Shown here: positions 11,922-20,571 of the stretch, one piece after another
How the letters are laid out: every line of letters starts with the position of its first letter
How positions within the stretch are numbered: the first letter of the stretch is position 1
Source of the DNA: an uncultured cyanobacterium
GTDB taxonomy: Bacteria; Cyanobacteriota; Cyanobacteriia; Leptolyngbyales; Leptolyngbyaceae
Direction of reading: 5' to 3'
Assembly: GCA_963766075.1 (NCBI GenBank)
Contig: CAVYAN010000075.1
Coordinates: 1-64,000, forward strand
DNA: 64,000 bases
Position numbers and translations under genes: made by a program
Notes under the pieces: model-generated
What the model was told of the DNA's origin: nothing
Database searches by the model: none
What the model saw: only the letters and a program-made list of their open reading frames with translations

Positions 11922-12905
11922 GTGAAAAGGCGAAGGTTAATTCAATATGCTGGCTTGAGTAGTTTGGGTTTGCTTGGTGGGCTAGGGACGCGGGCAGCGG
12001 CAACCACGTTAAGTGCGCCAGAAGTCCGTTTCAGCAATTTACAGTCCATCTTGCAATCCTTTGATTTTGAGGTTGCGATCGTCGATCGCGCAGGGCAAGA
12101 AGTTAAACGACAGTCGCGACAGGCAAGTTTCTTTGTAACTGAATTAGACAAGACAGATCCCTCAATAATGCCCTTAACCATGGTGGCAATTCCTGAGGGT
12201 AAGTTTGTTATGGGGGCTGCCTCGGAGGAACGTCAAATTTCAGCCCAAGAGCTACCAGTTCACGGGGTGACCGTTCAGCCCTTTTTTATGTCTAAGCACC
12301 CGATTACGCAGGGGCAATGGCAAGCGGTCAGTCAGCTACCTCAGGTGAATCGCGCTTTAAGCTCTAATCCTGCCCACTTTAGCGGTCATGAGCATCCGGT
12401 TGAGTCGGTGTCTTGGCTAGAAGCTGTCGAGTTTTGCGATCGCCTGTCGCGCCACACCGGCGAAACCTATCGCCTACCCAGTGAGGCTGAATGGGAATAT
12501 GCCTGTCGGGCTGGCATGGCCACTCCTTTTAACGCAGGCGCGACCCTGACCCATCAGTTGGCCAACTACAATACCCAGTTTGTTTATGCGGCCGAACCCA
12601 CCGCCACCTATCTGCCTTCCACTACTCCGGTCGGCAGTTTCCCATCTAATGCCTTTGGTTTAACCGACATGCATGGCAATGTCTGGGAATGGTGTGCTGA
12701 CCAGTGGCATGACAGCTATCAAGGTGCCCCCACAAATGGCCAAGCCTGGGTTGATCGGGAGCCATCCCCGTTGAGATCGCTACGCGGTGGCAGTTGGGCG
12801 GATCATCCGGCTCAGGCTCGATCGGCAAGTCGATCCGGCTATCCGGCGGATGCCTTAAACCGAATGATTGGATTTCGCGTGGCCATGGGTGCAGGAGGAG
12901 TGTAA
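11922..12905 (+). CDS. FGE-sulfatase (SUMF1)-fold protein with Tat-like signal
   Basis: RLPSEAEWEYACRAG, NAFGLTDMHGNVWEWC, RGGSW, IGFRV; N-terminal KRRRLIQY plus hydrophobic stretch. Confidence 0.85.
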   Translation: MKRRRLIQYAGLSSLGLLGGLGTRAAATTLSAPEVRFSNLQSILQSFDFEVAIVDRAGQEVKRQSRQASFFVTELDKTDPSIMPLTMVAIPEGKFVMGAASEERQISAQELPVHGVTVQPFFMSKHPITQGQWQAVSQLPQVNRALSSNPAHFSGHEHPVESVSWLEAVEFCDRLSRHTGETYRLPSEAEWEYACRAGMATPFNAGATLTHQLANYNTQFVYAAEPTATYLPSTTPVGSFPSNAFGLTDMHGNVWEWCADQWHDSYQGAPTNGQAWVDREPSPLRSLRGGSWADHPAQARSASRSGYPADALNRMIGFRVAMGAGGV

Positions 12906-13891
12906 TGGTAGGGTTGCGTAAAATTCCTGTGACGGTGTTAACGGGATATCTCGGGGCGGGCAAAACCACCCTGCTGAACCATATTTTGACCGCTGATCAT
13001 GGGCAGAAAATCGCCGTGATTGTGAATGAATTTGGCGAAGTCGGGATTGATCACCAACTCGTGATCGGCACCGATGAAGAAATCTTTGAGATGAACAACG
13101 GGTGCATTTGTTGCACCGTTAGGGGAGACTTAATTCGGATGATTGGCAAGCTGCTAGAACGCCGGGAGCAGTTTGATGTCTTAGTCATCGAAACTACCGG
13201 ATTGGCGGATCCAGCCCCTGTCATTCAGTCGTTCTTCGTCGATGAGGTCCTGCATGCCGAAACGGTGCTCGATGCGGTGGTGACGGTCGTTGATGCCAAG
13301 CACATTTGGGATCATTGGGATAGTAGCGAAGCCCAAGAACAAATTGCCTTTGCCGATGTCGTAATCTTAAACAAGATCGATTTGGTATCGCCCACAATTC
13401 TAGAAGAGCTAGAGAAGCGGATCCGGGGCATGAATGCGATCGCTAAACTCCATCGCACCCAAAATTGTGCGATCGATCTGAATCAATTACTTGGATTAAA
13501 TGCTTTTGACCTCAAACAAGCCTTGAGTATCGATCCACAATTTTTGACGGAAGATGCCCACGACCATGACTCATCGATCGCCTCTGTTGCCATCACAACC
13601 TCCGGCAGTTACAGTAGCGTCCAAGTCAACCGTTGGCTCTACCAGTTAGTGCAAGATCAAGGTGCCGATATTTTCCGTATGAAGGGCATTTTGAATTTGG
13701 ATGACGCTGATCGACGGTTTGTATTTCAAGGCGTGCATATGACCCTCGATGGTAGACCGGGTAAGCCTTGGCAATCAGGCGAATTGCGCAAAAACGAGTT
13801 GGTGTTTATTGGGCGTAACTTAGATGAACAGCGATTAAAAGCGGGTTTCCAGACCTGTCGTCTCGAGGCGTCGGCTGAAGTGGTTGGTTGA
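12905..13891 (+). CDS. COG0523/CobW-family metallochaperone GTPase
   Basis: GYLGAGKT, NEFGE, GCICC, ETTG, NKID, CobW_C; AGGAGG RBS and TAATG overlap with the upstream stop. Confidence 0.92.
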   Translation: MVGLRKIPVTVLTGYLGAGKTTLLNHILTADHGQKIAVIVNEFGEVGIDHQLVIGTDEEIFEMNNGCICCTVRGDLIRMIGKLLERREQFDVLVIETTGLADPAPVIQSFFVDEVLHAETVLDAVVTVVDAKHIWDHWDSSEAQEQIAFADVVILNKIDLVSPTILEELEKRIRGMNAIAKLHRTQNCAIDLNQLLGLNAFDLKQALSIDPQFLTEDAHDHDSSIASVAITTSGSYSSVQVNRWLYQLVQDQGADIFRMKGILNLDDADRRFVFQGVHMTLDGRPGKPWQSGELRKNELVFIGRNLDEQRLKAGFQTCRLEASAEVVG

Positions 13892-13922
13892 GCTAAATTC
13901 CAATGGGTGAGGAAGGTAACCG

Positions 13923-14672
13923 ATGAAATTACAGCATTATTTAGGGGGCATCGAGAATCTCGGCCCGGTCAGCGTTGAAAAAAAAGTGTTTGTGCAAACT
14001 TGGGAAGAGCGTATTTTTGGCATCCATGTTGCCATGATGGCCCTGAGCAACCATCTTGACCAAGCTCTACCCAAATACCCGATTAAACAGGTACCCACGA
14101 AGTTTAAAGATTTTTGGACCTGGGGTCATCTGCGCATGGGGGCCGAAGCCATGCAGCCCTTTGACTATTTTCGGTTGCGCTATTACGAAAAATGGTTGGG
14201 CGGGATTTCGGGGTTCTTTGTCTCCCAGGGCTATATCACTGAGGCTGAGTTGGATGCGGCTACAGCCACCTATCTTGCGAGTCCTCCATCGAATAGCTTT
14301 ACCCCACCCGCAGGAGGAAATCCGGCGATCGATACTCAAGTGATTCGCTACCTGCGGGAGGGCGATTCGCCCAAGCGAGAACTCAAGGCGGCTCCCAAGT
14401 TTACAGTTGGCACTAAGGTGAAGGTGAAGGATCCGAAGGTCGTGGATCATACACGCTTACCGGGTCATCTCCGGGGCAAAACGGGCGTCGTTTACTTAGT
14501 TTATCCCGATGCTTACACCTATTTCTTTTCCACGGGTCCGGATGGTATCGGTGAACCCATGCCCGTTTATCTGGTGTCCTTCAATCCGGCGGATATTTGG
14601 GGTGCTGCCAAGAGTGAACCCAATTCTACCTATTACGATGATCTGTTTGAAACCTATCTTGAAGCGGTGTGA
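13923..14672 (+). CDS. nthB: Nitrile hydratase beta subunit
   Basis: WEERIFG, YYEKWL, HTRLPGHLRGKTG, DLFETYLE. Confidence 0.88.
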   Translation: MKLQHYLGGIENLGPVSVEKKVFVQTWEERIFGIHVAMMALSNHLDQALPKYPIKQVPTKFKDFWTWGHLRMGAEAMQPFDYFRLRYYEKWLGGISGFFVSQGYITEAELDAATATYLASPPSNSFTPPAGGNPAIDTQVIRYLREGDSPKRELKAAPKFTVGTKVKVKDPKVVDHTRLPGHLRGKTGVVYLVYPDAYTYFFSTGPDGIGEPMPVYLVSFNPADIWGAAKSEPNSTYYDDLFETYLEAV

Positions 14673-14684
14673 GGTCAGCATCTT

Positions 14685-15308
14685 ATGAGTGGATACGAGC
14701 ATTTTAAGTACAGCATCGATCGCGAGACCTATAGTGCTGCCCGCGTGCGAGCCTTAGAGGCGCTATTGGTAAAAAAAGGGGTGATTACAGGTGCAACGGT
14801 GGATAAGGTTTTGAGGTACTTTAAAACCGAAATGGGGCCGTTTAATGGCGCCAAGATTGTGGCGCGAGCCTGGGTTGATCCGGCCTTCAAAGCGCGACTC
14901 TTGAAAGATGCCAATGCCGCGATCGCCGAAATGAAGTTTCCCCCCGGCATGTCTGGGGCGGAAGGCGAGCACTTAAAGATTGTCGAAAATACGTCCAAAG
15001 TCCATAACTTGATTGTCTGTACCCTGTGTTCTTGTTACCCTTGGCCAACCTTGGGCTTACCACCTTACTGGTTCAAAGATCCCACATTCCGGGCCAGAGC
15101 CGTGCGCGAACCACGTGCTGTATTGAAGGAATTTGGCTTGGCGATCGACCCCGCTGTCGAAATTAAAGTTTGGGATAGTAGTGCCCAGATTCGTTGGTCG
15201 GTGTTACCCGAACGGCCTACTGGGACGATGGGCATGACCGAAAGTCAGTTGGCGGCGATCGTCACCCCTGAATCGATGATGGGTGTCGGCAAAATTAAGG
15301 TGGCTTAA
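14685..15308 (+). CDS. nthA: Nitrile hydratase alpha subunit, cobalt type
   Basis: Metal-binding VCTLCSCYPWP (Thr/Tyr = Co-type), ARAWVDPAFKARLL. Confidence 0.95.
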   Translation: MSGYEHFKYSIDRETYSAARVRALEALLVKKGVITGATVDKVLRYFKTEMGPFNGAKIVARAWVDPAFKARLLKDANAAIAEMKFPPGMSGAEGEHLKIVENTSKVHNLIVCTLCSCYPWPTLGLPPYWFKDPTFRARAVREPRAVLKEFGLAIDPAVEIKVWDSSAQIRWSVLPERPTGTMGMTESQLAAIVTPESMMGVGKIKVA

Positions 15309-15337
15309 GCGATCCAGAAGAACCAAAGGAGAACCGG

Positions 15338-15688
15338 ATGCAAACTCAGTTTGAGCATTTTGCCGCGGCGAGCATGCTGGGCAGTAAAGACTCCCCGCCC
15401 CGTTGTGATGGTGAGCTGTTTTTTGAGGATTCCTGGGAAGGTCGCGCGTTTGGGATTGCGATCGCCCTGGCCAAAAAAGGCCATTATGAGTGGGAAGACT
15501 TTCGGCAGCAGTTGATTACGTCGATTGGCGAATGGGAAGCGGAACATGCGCTCGACGATCCAAGCTGGAATTATTATCAGCGTTGGCTCTTAGCACTGGA
15601 GCGACTGATGTTAGACACCCACTTAATCGATTCAGCGGAACTGGATCAACAATTGGCTGAACTGCTGACACAAGAGGCATTGGACTAG
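15338..15688 (+). CDS. Nitrile hydratase accessory protein (P14K-like)
   Basis: PPRCDGELFFEDSWEGRAFG, WEDFRQQLI, YYQRWLLALERL. Confidence 0.88.
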   Translation: MQTQFEHFAAASMLGSKDSPPRCDGELFFEDSWEGRAFGIAIALAKKGHYEWEDFRQQLITSIGEWEAEHALDDPSWNYYQRWLLALERLMLDTHLIDSAELDQQLAELLTQEALD

Positions 15689-15689
15689 A

Positions 15690-16100
15690 AACACATGGAC
15701 CCTTCGGAGCGTTGCTGAATGATGATATGAATTAGTGACTTGAGCGAGACCACACCCTCAGCCTCCTGCCATCTTAGAGAGTGAGAGAGACCCTGCTGAA
15801 CATGCCAATCAAGGCGAGGGCGTTGTCCCAAGTCAGTCAGAAGAAATCCCAGATTGATGGCGAACAATTGCGCCGTGGCCAAGAGCATCAAGAGACAAGT
15901 TAACGCTTGAGTCTGGCGGATGGGGGAGCGCAATCGGTCAAACGTTGCTTATGTATGGTCTTTGAAATGGGGTTCAACGCCCCAAAGCGTTGCCCATAGA
16001 GCGCAAAGGTTTGTAACGTTGGGGTCTCGCTCGTGATTACCACCCAAGTGTCTTGGGCATTCGGCCAGTGGGCAGTGGCCAAATGGCACTGAATATCCCC
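15690..16100 (-). pseudogene. DDE transposase remnant (IS4-like), C-terminal fragments
   Basis: WVVITSETPTLQTFALYGQRF and RSPIRQTQALTCLLMLLA...RLDWH fragments in two frames. Confidence 0.6.
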
Positions 16101-16128
16101 AGCACCGCCGCTTGAGGATACAAATGAG

Positions 16129-16477
16129 CGTAGCTGTCTATTTTAATTTTACTGATGCTCGAAACCCCTGATATCAATAAGGTTTCACAGGTTTTCGGAT
16201 ACCTGTTATTTCTGTCTTAAAACGGCTGAGAATCTATACTGCTAAAAGGTTGTAGATATTTCGAGGCTTTTTTAGAAAAATGATTTTTTACTAGGTGTAT
16301 GAAAATCTCGTAAATTGGCTGAAACCTATGATTCACAGGCTTTTCAAGGATATTGAAACTACTTGGATTAGGGGCTTTCAGGGCTGAGAACTGATTGTAA
16401 GACTCATAGCATCAGAAGCTGAAATGACTAGCCCATAAGTGCTTCAGCGGTTTTAAAATTAAAAATAGACACGTACG
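16129..16477. mobile_element. MITE-like non-autonomous element (~350 bp)
   Basis: Imperfect terminal inverted repeats CGTAGCTGTCTATTTTAATTTT / reverse complement CGTACGTGTCTATTTTTAATTTT; AT-rich, no ORF. Confidence 0.7.
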
Positions 16478-16770
16478 GAAACAAAACCCAGGCGTTTTCT
16501 GAATCATTCAGTGGCAATGCTGTGAACTTGGAGGACATTTCCCGCTGACTCTCGATCTAAACCTGTTGCCGGTGTTGCTGGAATATTGACCATGAATGGG
16601 CGATCGCTAAATTTGGCTTGCCAGCTTGTGATGGGAATGATGATTTGCATTGGAATTGCGCTCAAGAGTTCTGTACTCACGACAACGGCAGGTCGGGTTT
16701 TCTGAATCTCTTGTCCTCGTGTCGGATCAAGATTAATCAGCCAAATTTCTCCGCGATGTGAGTTAATCAT
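16478..16770 (-). pseudogene. MazF/PemK toxin, truncated
   Basis: RGEIWLINLDPTRGQEIQKTRPAVVVS; premature TGA at 16504 followed by FRKRLG, then cut off by the MITE. Confidence 0.8.
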
Positions 16771-17026
16771 TCTCAAGTTCCCAATCTTCGCCATCGAGGA
16801 TGGAAAATTCTGTGACGGCGGGTTCTGTTCGGAAGCCTGCCGTCATAGCGCTTAGATGAGGCTGAAGCAGTCGATGGCGTTCGGCCAAAGGGAGGGCGGC
16901 AATTTGTTCAAGGGAGGGGGCCTCCGCGATTTTCGCCGGGGACTCTGAGCGCAAAGAATCTACAAAAGTCAAAACTTCTTGCTGTTTTTCTAACGGCAGC
17001 TGATGATGCAGCCAAGGCAACCGCAT
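16763..17026 (-). CDS. Putative antitoxin (DUF2281-like), N-terminus possibly truncated
   Basis: QLPLEKQQEVLTFVDSL; overlaps the MazF start. Confidence 0.55.
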   Translation of the reverse strand: MRLPWLHHQLPLEKQQEVLTFVDSLRSESPAKIAEAPSLEQIAALPLAERHRLLQPHLSAMTAGFRTEPAVTEFSILDGEDWELEND

Positions 17027-17429
17027 GAATCAATAAGGTGGTGTATTGTTGAGAATATTCTCAATAGCATAGGCTTGTTGAGAATAAAACTATCCACCAG
17101 TAGCATTTTTCAGCGATTAGGGCACCAGCGGTGCAGATAGCGTTCATGAGGTGGCCCTGTGAATCTATGGGGCATAACACACGCGAAAGACAAGAACAGC
17201 AGATAATTGAGGACTAAATTATTAAAGGGTAGTTCGGAACCTAATATAGAGTGGCATCTATCAAAATGTTAGGCTCCAAAGCCGCCTGTCTGGGCTATGC
17301 TCTCGGCTGATTTCATCTTCTTGTCTCTCGGAGAATTCAGGGAATCTGGGTCGAGGGCGTGCACATCTCAGAATTGCTTGTTTTTCACCTCCGATTTCAA
17401 AAGAGTTGCTCTCCTGCCTTATTGCCCTA

Positions 17430-17941
17430 TGATTAAGAAAAATCCTCCCGTGCCCCTTCCGGAAAAACTTTGGGGCGAACAGTGGCGTTTTGCCACACTG
17501 CCCGCCGCAAATTTGGCGGATGCCTTTGAGGGCCGCATGATTCCCATTCTAGAAATGCCCCCATCCCGATTGCCCCTGAGTCTGGGCTTAGCCTCTCACC
17601 TGCCGATTCCTGGGATCGTGATTGATGGCGGACGCACATCCATGAAGCTGGCCCTATGGCTACAGCAAGCCCAACCCAGGGCCATCAATTGTATTGCTGG
17701 GGCACCGGATGGCTTGATTTTAGAAACAGCAGCACTCGATCGCTGGATTGTGGCGACCTTTGATGATCCTGAAGTCCGTCACGCCGGCCAAGAATTTGAA
17801 CGACGCAAGCAGTCCAGCCAGGGTCTACATTTTCTCCTGGTGCAACCGGACAATTCAGGCATGACCTACAGTGGGTTTTGGTTGCTGAAAAACGAGGCCC
17901 TAACCGCTAACGTCTCTAAAAACAGCATCCACCCGGACTGA
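17430..17941 (+). pseudogene. Tab2/Atab2 (DUF1092) family, C-terminal part only
   Basis: PPVPLPEKLWGEQWRF...GLHFLLVQPDNSGMTYSGFWLL; the family N-terminal part is not visible upstream. Confidence 0.7.
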
Positions 17942-17981
17942 AGCAACAGCGCATTGGTAAGCAGCTCCGCGCAACTAGCGA

Positions 17982-18019
17982 GAGATTGCTCCCTGAGCGA
18001 AGTCGAAGGGAGCAATCTC
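17982..18019. repeat. REP-like palindrome CTCCCTGAGCG(A/G)AGTCGAAGGGA (copy 1 of 3)
   Basis: Stem GAGATTGCTCCCT/AGGGAGCAATCTC; further copies at 39136 and 61380. Confidence 0.85.
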
Positions 18020-18096
18020 GATCAGTATGATTTTCTCTGGAAATCGATTGAGGTGGGCGATCGCCCACCTCAATCCTGATCTCGGGAAAGGGTGGA

Positions 18097-19932
18097 CTAG
18101 AGCTTGCCGCCACACTCTGGACAGAACTTGTTCGTGACAATGTTCTGAGCCCTACAGTCGGGGCAGGCGATTGTCTCCGCCGAACGCTGCAGAATTTTAT
18201 GCTCCGGTAGCCCCACCATTTCAGCATTACTCTTACCGGGTGGGACCATGGGATAGCAGTTTTCATCCCGCTTCACATGGACATCCATGAGTACAGGCCC
18301 ATCATGAGCCAATAAAGTCGCCACAGCCGCCTGAAGATCAGCCGGATCGCGAACAACGATGCCCTTGATCCCAAAGGCTGCCGCTAACTTCTCGAAGTCA
18401 GGCATAGAGGGCTGCATATTAGAAGAGGAATAGCGCTCGCCGTAGAATGCCTCCTGCCACTGACGAACCATCCCTTGCCAGCCATTATTAATAATCACGG
18501 TTTTAACCGCAATACCATACTGGGCCAGAGTACCCAGTTCTTGGAGATTCATTTGGAAACTGGCATCGCCACTGACACAAATCACTTGCTCATGGGGCAC
18601 GGCCACCTTTGCACCCATCGCTGCCGGCATACCAAAGCCCATAGTGCCCAGCCCAGCACTGGAAATCCAGCGGCGAGGACCATTTTTGAGGAACTGGGCA
18701 GCCCACATTTGGTGCTGGCCCACATCGGTGGTGTAGTAGGCGTGAGGAGCCTGGGCTGCCAGTTCCACAATTACTTCCTGAGGCGAGATCACGTCGGGAT
18801 AGTGGGGAACCTCTAAGGGATAGTCTTCCTTCCAGCGGGCAATCCGGTTCAGCCATGCCTGATTGCGGTGCTCATCCCGCGCGTCCCCGTCTTCCCGGCT
18901 CTTGCGCAGCAGCTCATTCAGCACTTGTTTGACATCGCCAACAATTGGCACCTCCGGAGACCGATTTTTACCCACCTCCGCTGGATCAATATCAATATGG
19001 ATAACCTTGGCCCGATTGGCAAAGGTATCGAGTTTCCCCGTCACGCGATCGTCAAATCGTGCGCCCACAGCAATCAGCAAATCACATTCGGTCACCGCAA
19101 AGTTAGCATAGGCAGTGCCATGCATGCCCAACATGCCCACCGACAGAACATGGTGCTCGTCAAAGGCTCCCAACCCCATCAGTGTCGTTGTTACAGGGAG
19201 ATTAAAGCGCTCGGCCAGTTCTTGAATTTCGACATGGGCCGCTGCGGAAATCGCCCCTCCCCCGACATACAACAAAGGCTGAGTTGCTTCACGAATCAGC
19301 CGCAAAGCCTGGGACACTTGGCGGGGATTCCCCTTCACCGTCGGACGATATCCCGGCAACTTCACATCGCCTGCGGCCACGGGCTCATACTCAAACTCTT
19401 CCTGGGCTACATCCTTTGGCACATCAATCAACACCGGACCCGGACGACCGGAGCTCGCAATATGGAAGGCTTCTGCGACGATTCGCGCCATATCACGGGG
19501 ATCGCGCACCACATAGGAATGCTTCACAATGGGTAGCGTAATGCCGTAAATATCAGTTTCTTGGAAGGCATCACTGCCGATCGCCGGACGTGGCACCTGG
19601 CCCGTAACGATCACCATCGGAATCGAGTCCATATGGGCTGTGGCAATGCCAGTGACCAAATTGGTCGCCCCTGGGCCAGAGGTGGCAAAACACACCCCTA
19701 CCTTGCCAGTCGCCCGGGCATAGCCGTCGGCAGCATGCGTAGCACCCTGTTCATGGCGCACAAGAATATGTTGAATGCCACCTGCGGCCTCTGCCTTATA
19801 CAGTTCATCATAGATGGGCAGAATGGCCCCGCCGGGATAGCCAAAAATGTGCTGAACCCCATGGCGGCGAAGGCTATCGATCAAGGCATAGCCGCCAGTA
19901 ACCCGCTTAACAGCCACACGTTGCAGTTGCAC
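18097..19932 (-). CDS. ilvB: Acetolactate synthase large subunit
   Basis: [35 protein letters not shown] motif. Confidence 0.97.
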   Translation of the reverse strand: MQLQRVAVKRVTGGYALIDSLRRHGVQHIFGYPGGAILPIYDELYKAEAAGGIQHILVRHEQGATHAADGYARATGKVGVCFATSGPGATNLVTGIATAHMDSIPMVIVTGQVPRPAIGSDAFQETDIYGITLPIVKHSYVVRDPRDMARIVAEAFHIASSGRPGPVLIDVPKDVAQEEFEYEPVAAGDVKLPGYRPTVKGNPRQVSQALRLIREATQPLLYVGGGAISAAAHVEIQELAERFNLPVTTTLMGLGAFDEHHVLSVGMLGMHGTAYANFAVTECDLLIAVGARFDDRVTGKLDTFANRAKVIHIDIDPAEVGKNRSPEVPIVGDVKQVLNELLRKSREDGDARDEHRNQAWLNRIARWKEDYPLEVPHYPDVISPQEVIVELAAQAPHAYYTTDVGQHQMWAAQFLKNGPRRWISSAGLGTMGFGMPAAMGAKVAVPHEQVICVSGDASFQMNLQELGTLAQYGIAVKTVIINNGWQGMVRQWQEAFYGERYSSSNMQPSMPDFEKLAAAFGIKGIVVRDPADLQAAVATLLAHDGPVLMDVHVKRDENCYPMVPPGKSNAEMVGLPEHKILQRSAETIACPDCRAQNIVTNKFCPECGGKL

Positions 19933-20571
19933 TGGGAAACCTCACCAAACTGAGTAATGTTTTATCGGACTTCGTATGCGGACCTTTGCATTCAGTATCG
20001 AATGCTGTATTCAGACACTTGCGACTGGTCTAAACCTTCAGTCTAGTGCTGATTTTCATGGATGTCGAGTAGATTAAGCAGCGTAAACAGAGCAACCGGC
20101 CAAGCTGGCGCAACCCGCAGGCGGCGATCGCGCAATTCATCTACAAAATTCATCTATAAAAAATTCATTTGCAAAAAATTCATTTGCAAAAAAATCGGCC
20201 AGCCAAGCACCTCAGCCGAATTGTTTTTTCGCTTGCTCATAGATTTCCTCAGTAATCTGAGCAATGCCCGCATCTTGGGCAAATTTTTCAATTTTTTTAC
20301 GCGCAGCGGGGCGCACAAAAAACGGAATTTCTTTTAACCGTGCCTCAGCATCGGCGGTCCATTCTACGGAACTACTCATTCCACAACGTCTCCCTGATCT
20401 ACTTCCCTCTCATCCATAGGCTCTTGTCGCAAGCCTTCTAGCCAGCCGTTAACTCATAATATACACCCCAAGATACACCCCAAGTTGTGACCGTTGATCT
20501 GATAGCCCCTATCAAAACTGGGAACACTAGTACGGACAACGACTTCTGAGCAAGGCCATTGTCAACCCTTG

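Noticed and set aside
11922..12905. Canonical formylglycine-generating enzyme oxidising the NHase cysteines
   Set aside because: The catalytic Cys pair is absent, and the protein appears to be exported while NHase has no signal peptide
13923..15308. Thiocyanate hydrolase or NHLP/RiPP precursor
   Set aside because: The two-subunit layout with a full-length beta, YPWPTLGLPP after the Cys cluster and intact metal ligands fits nitrile hydratase
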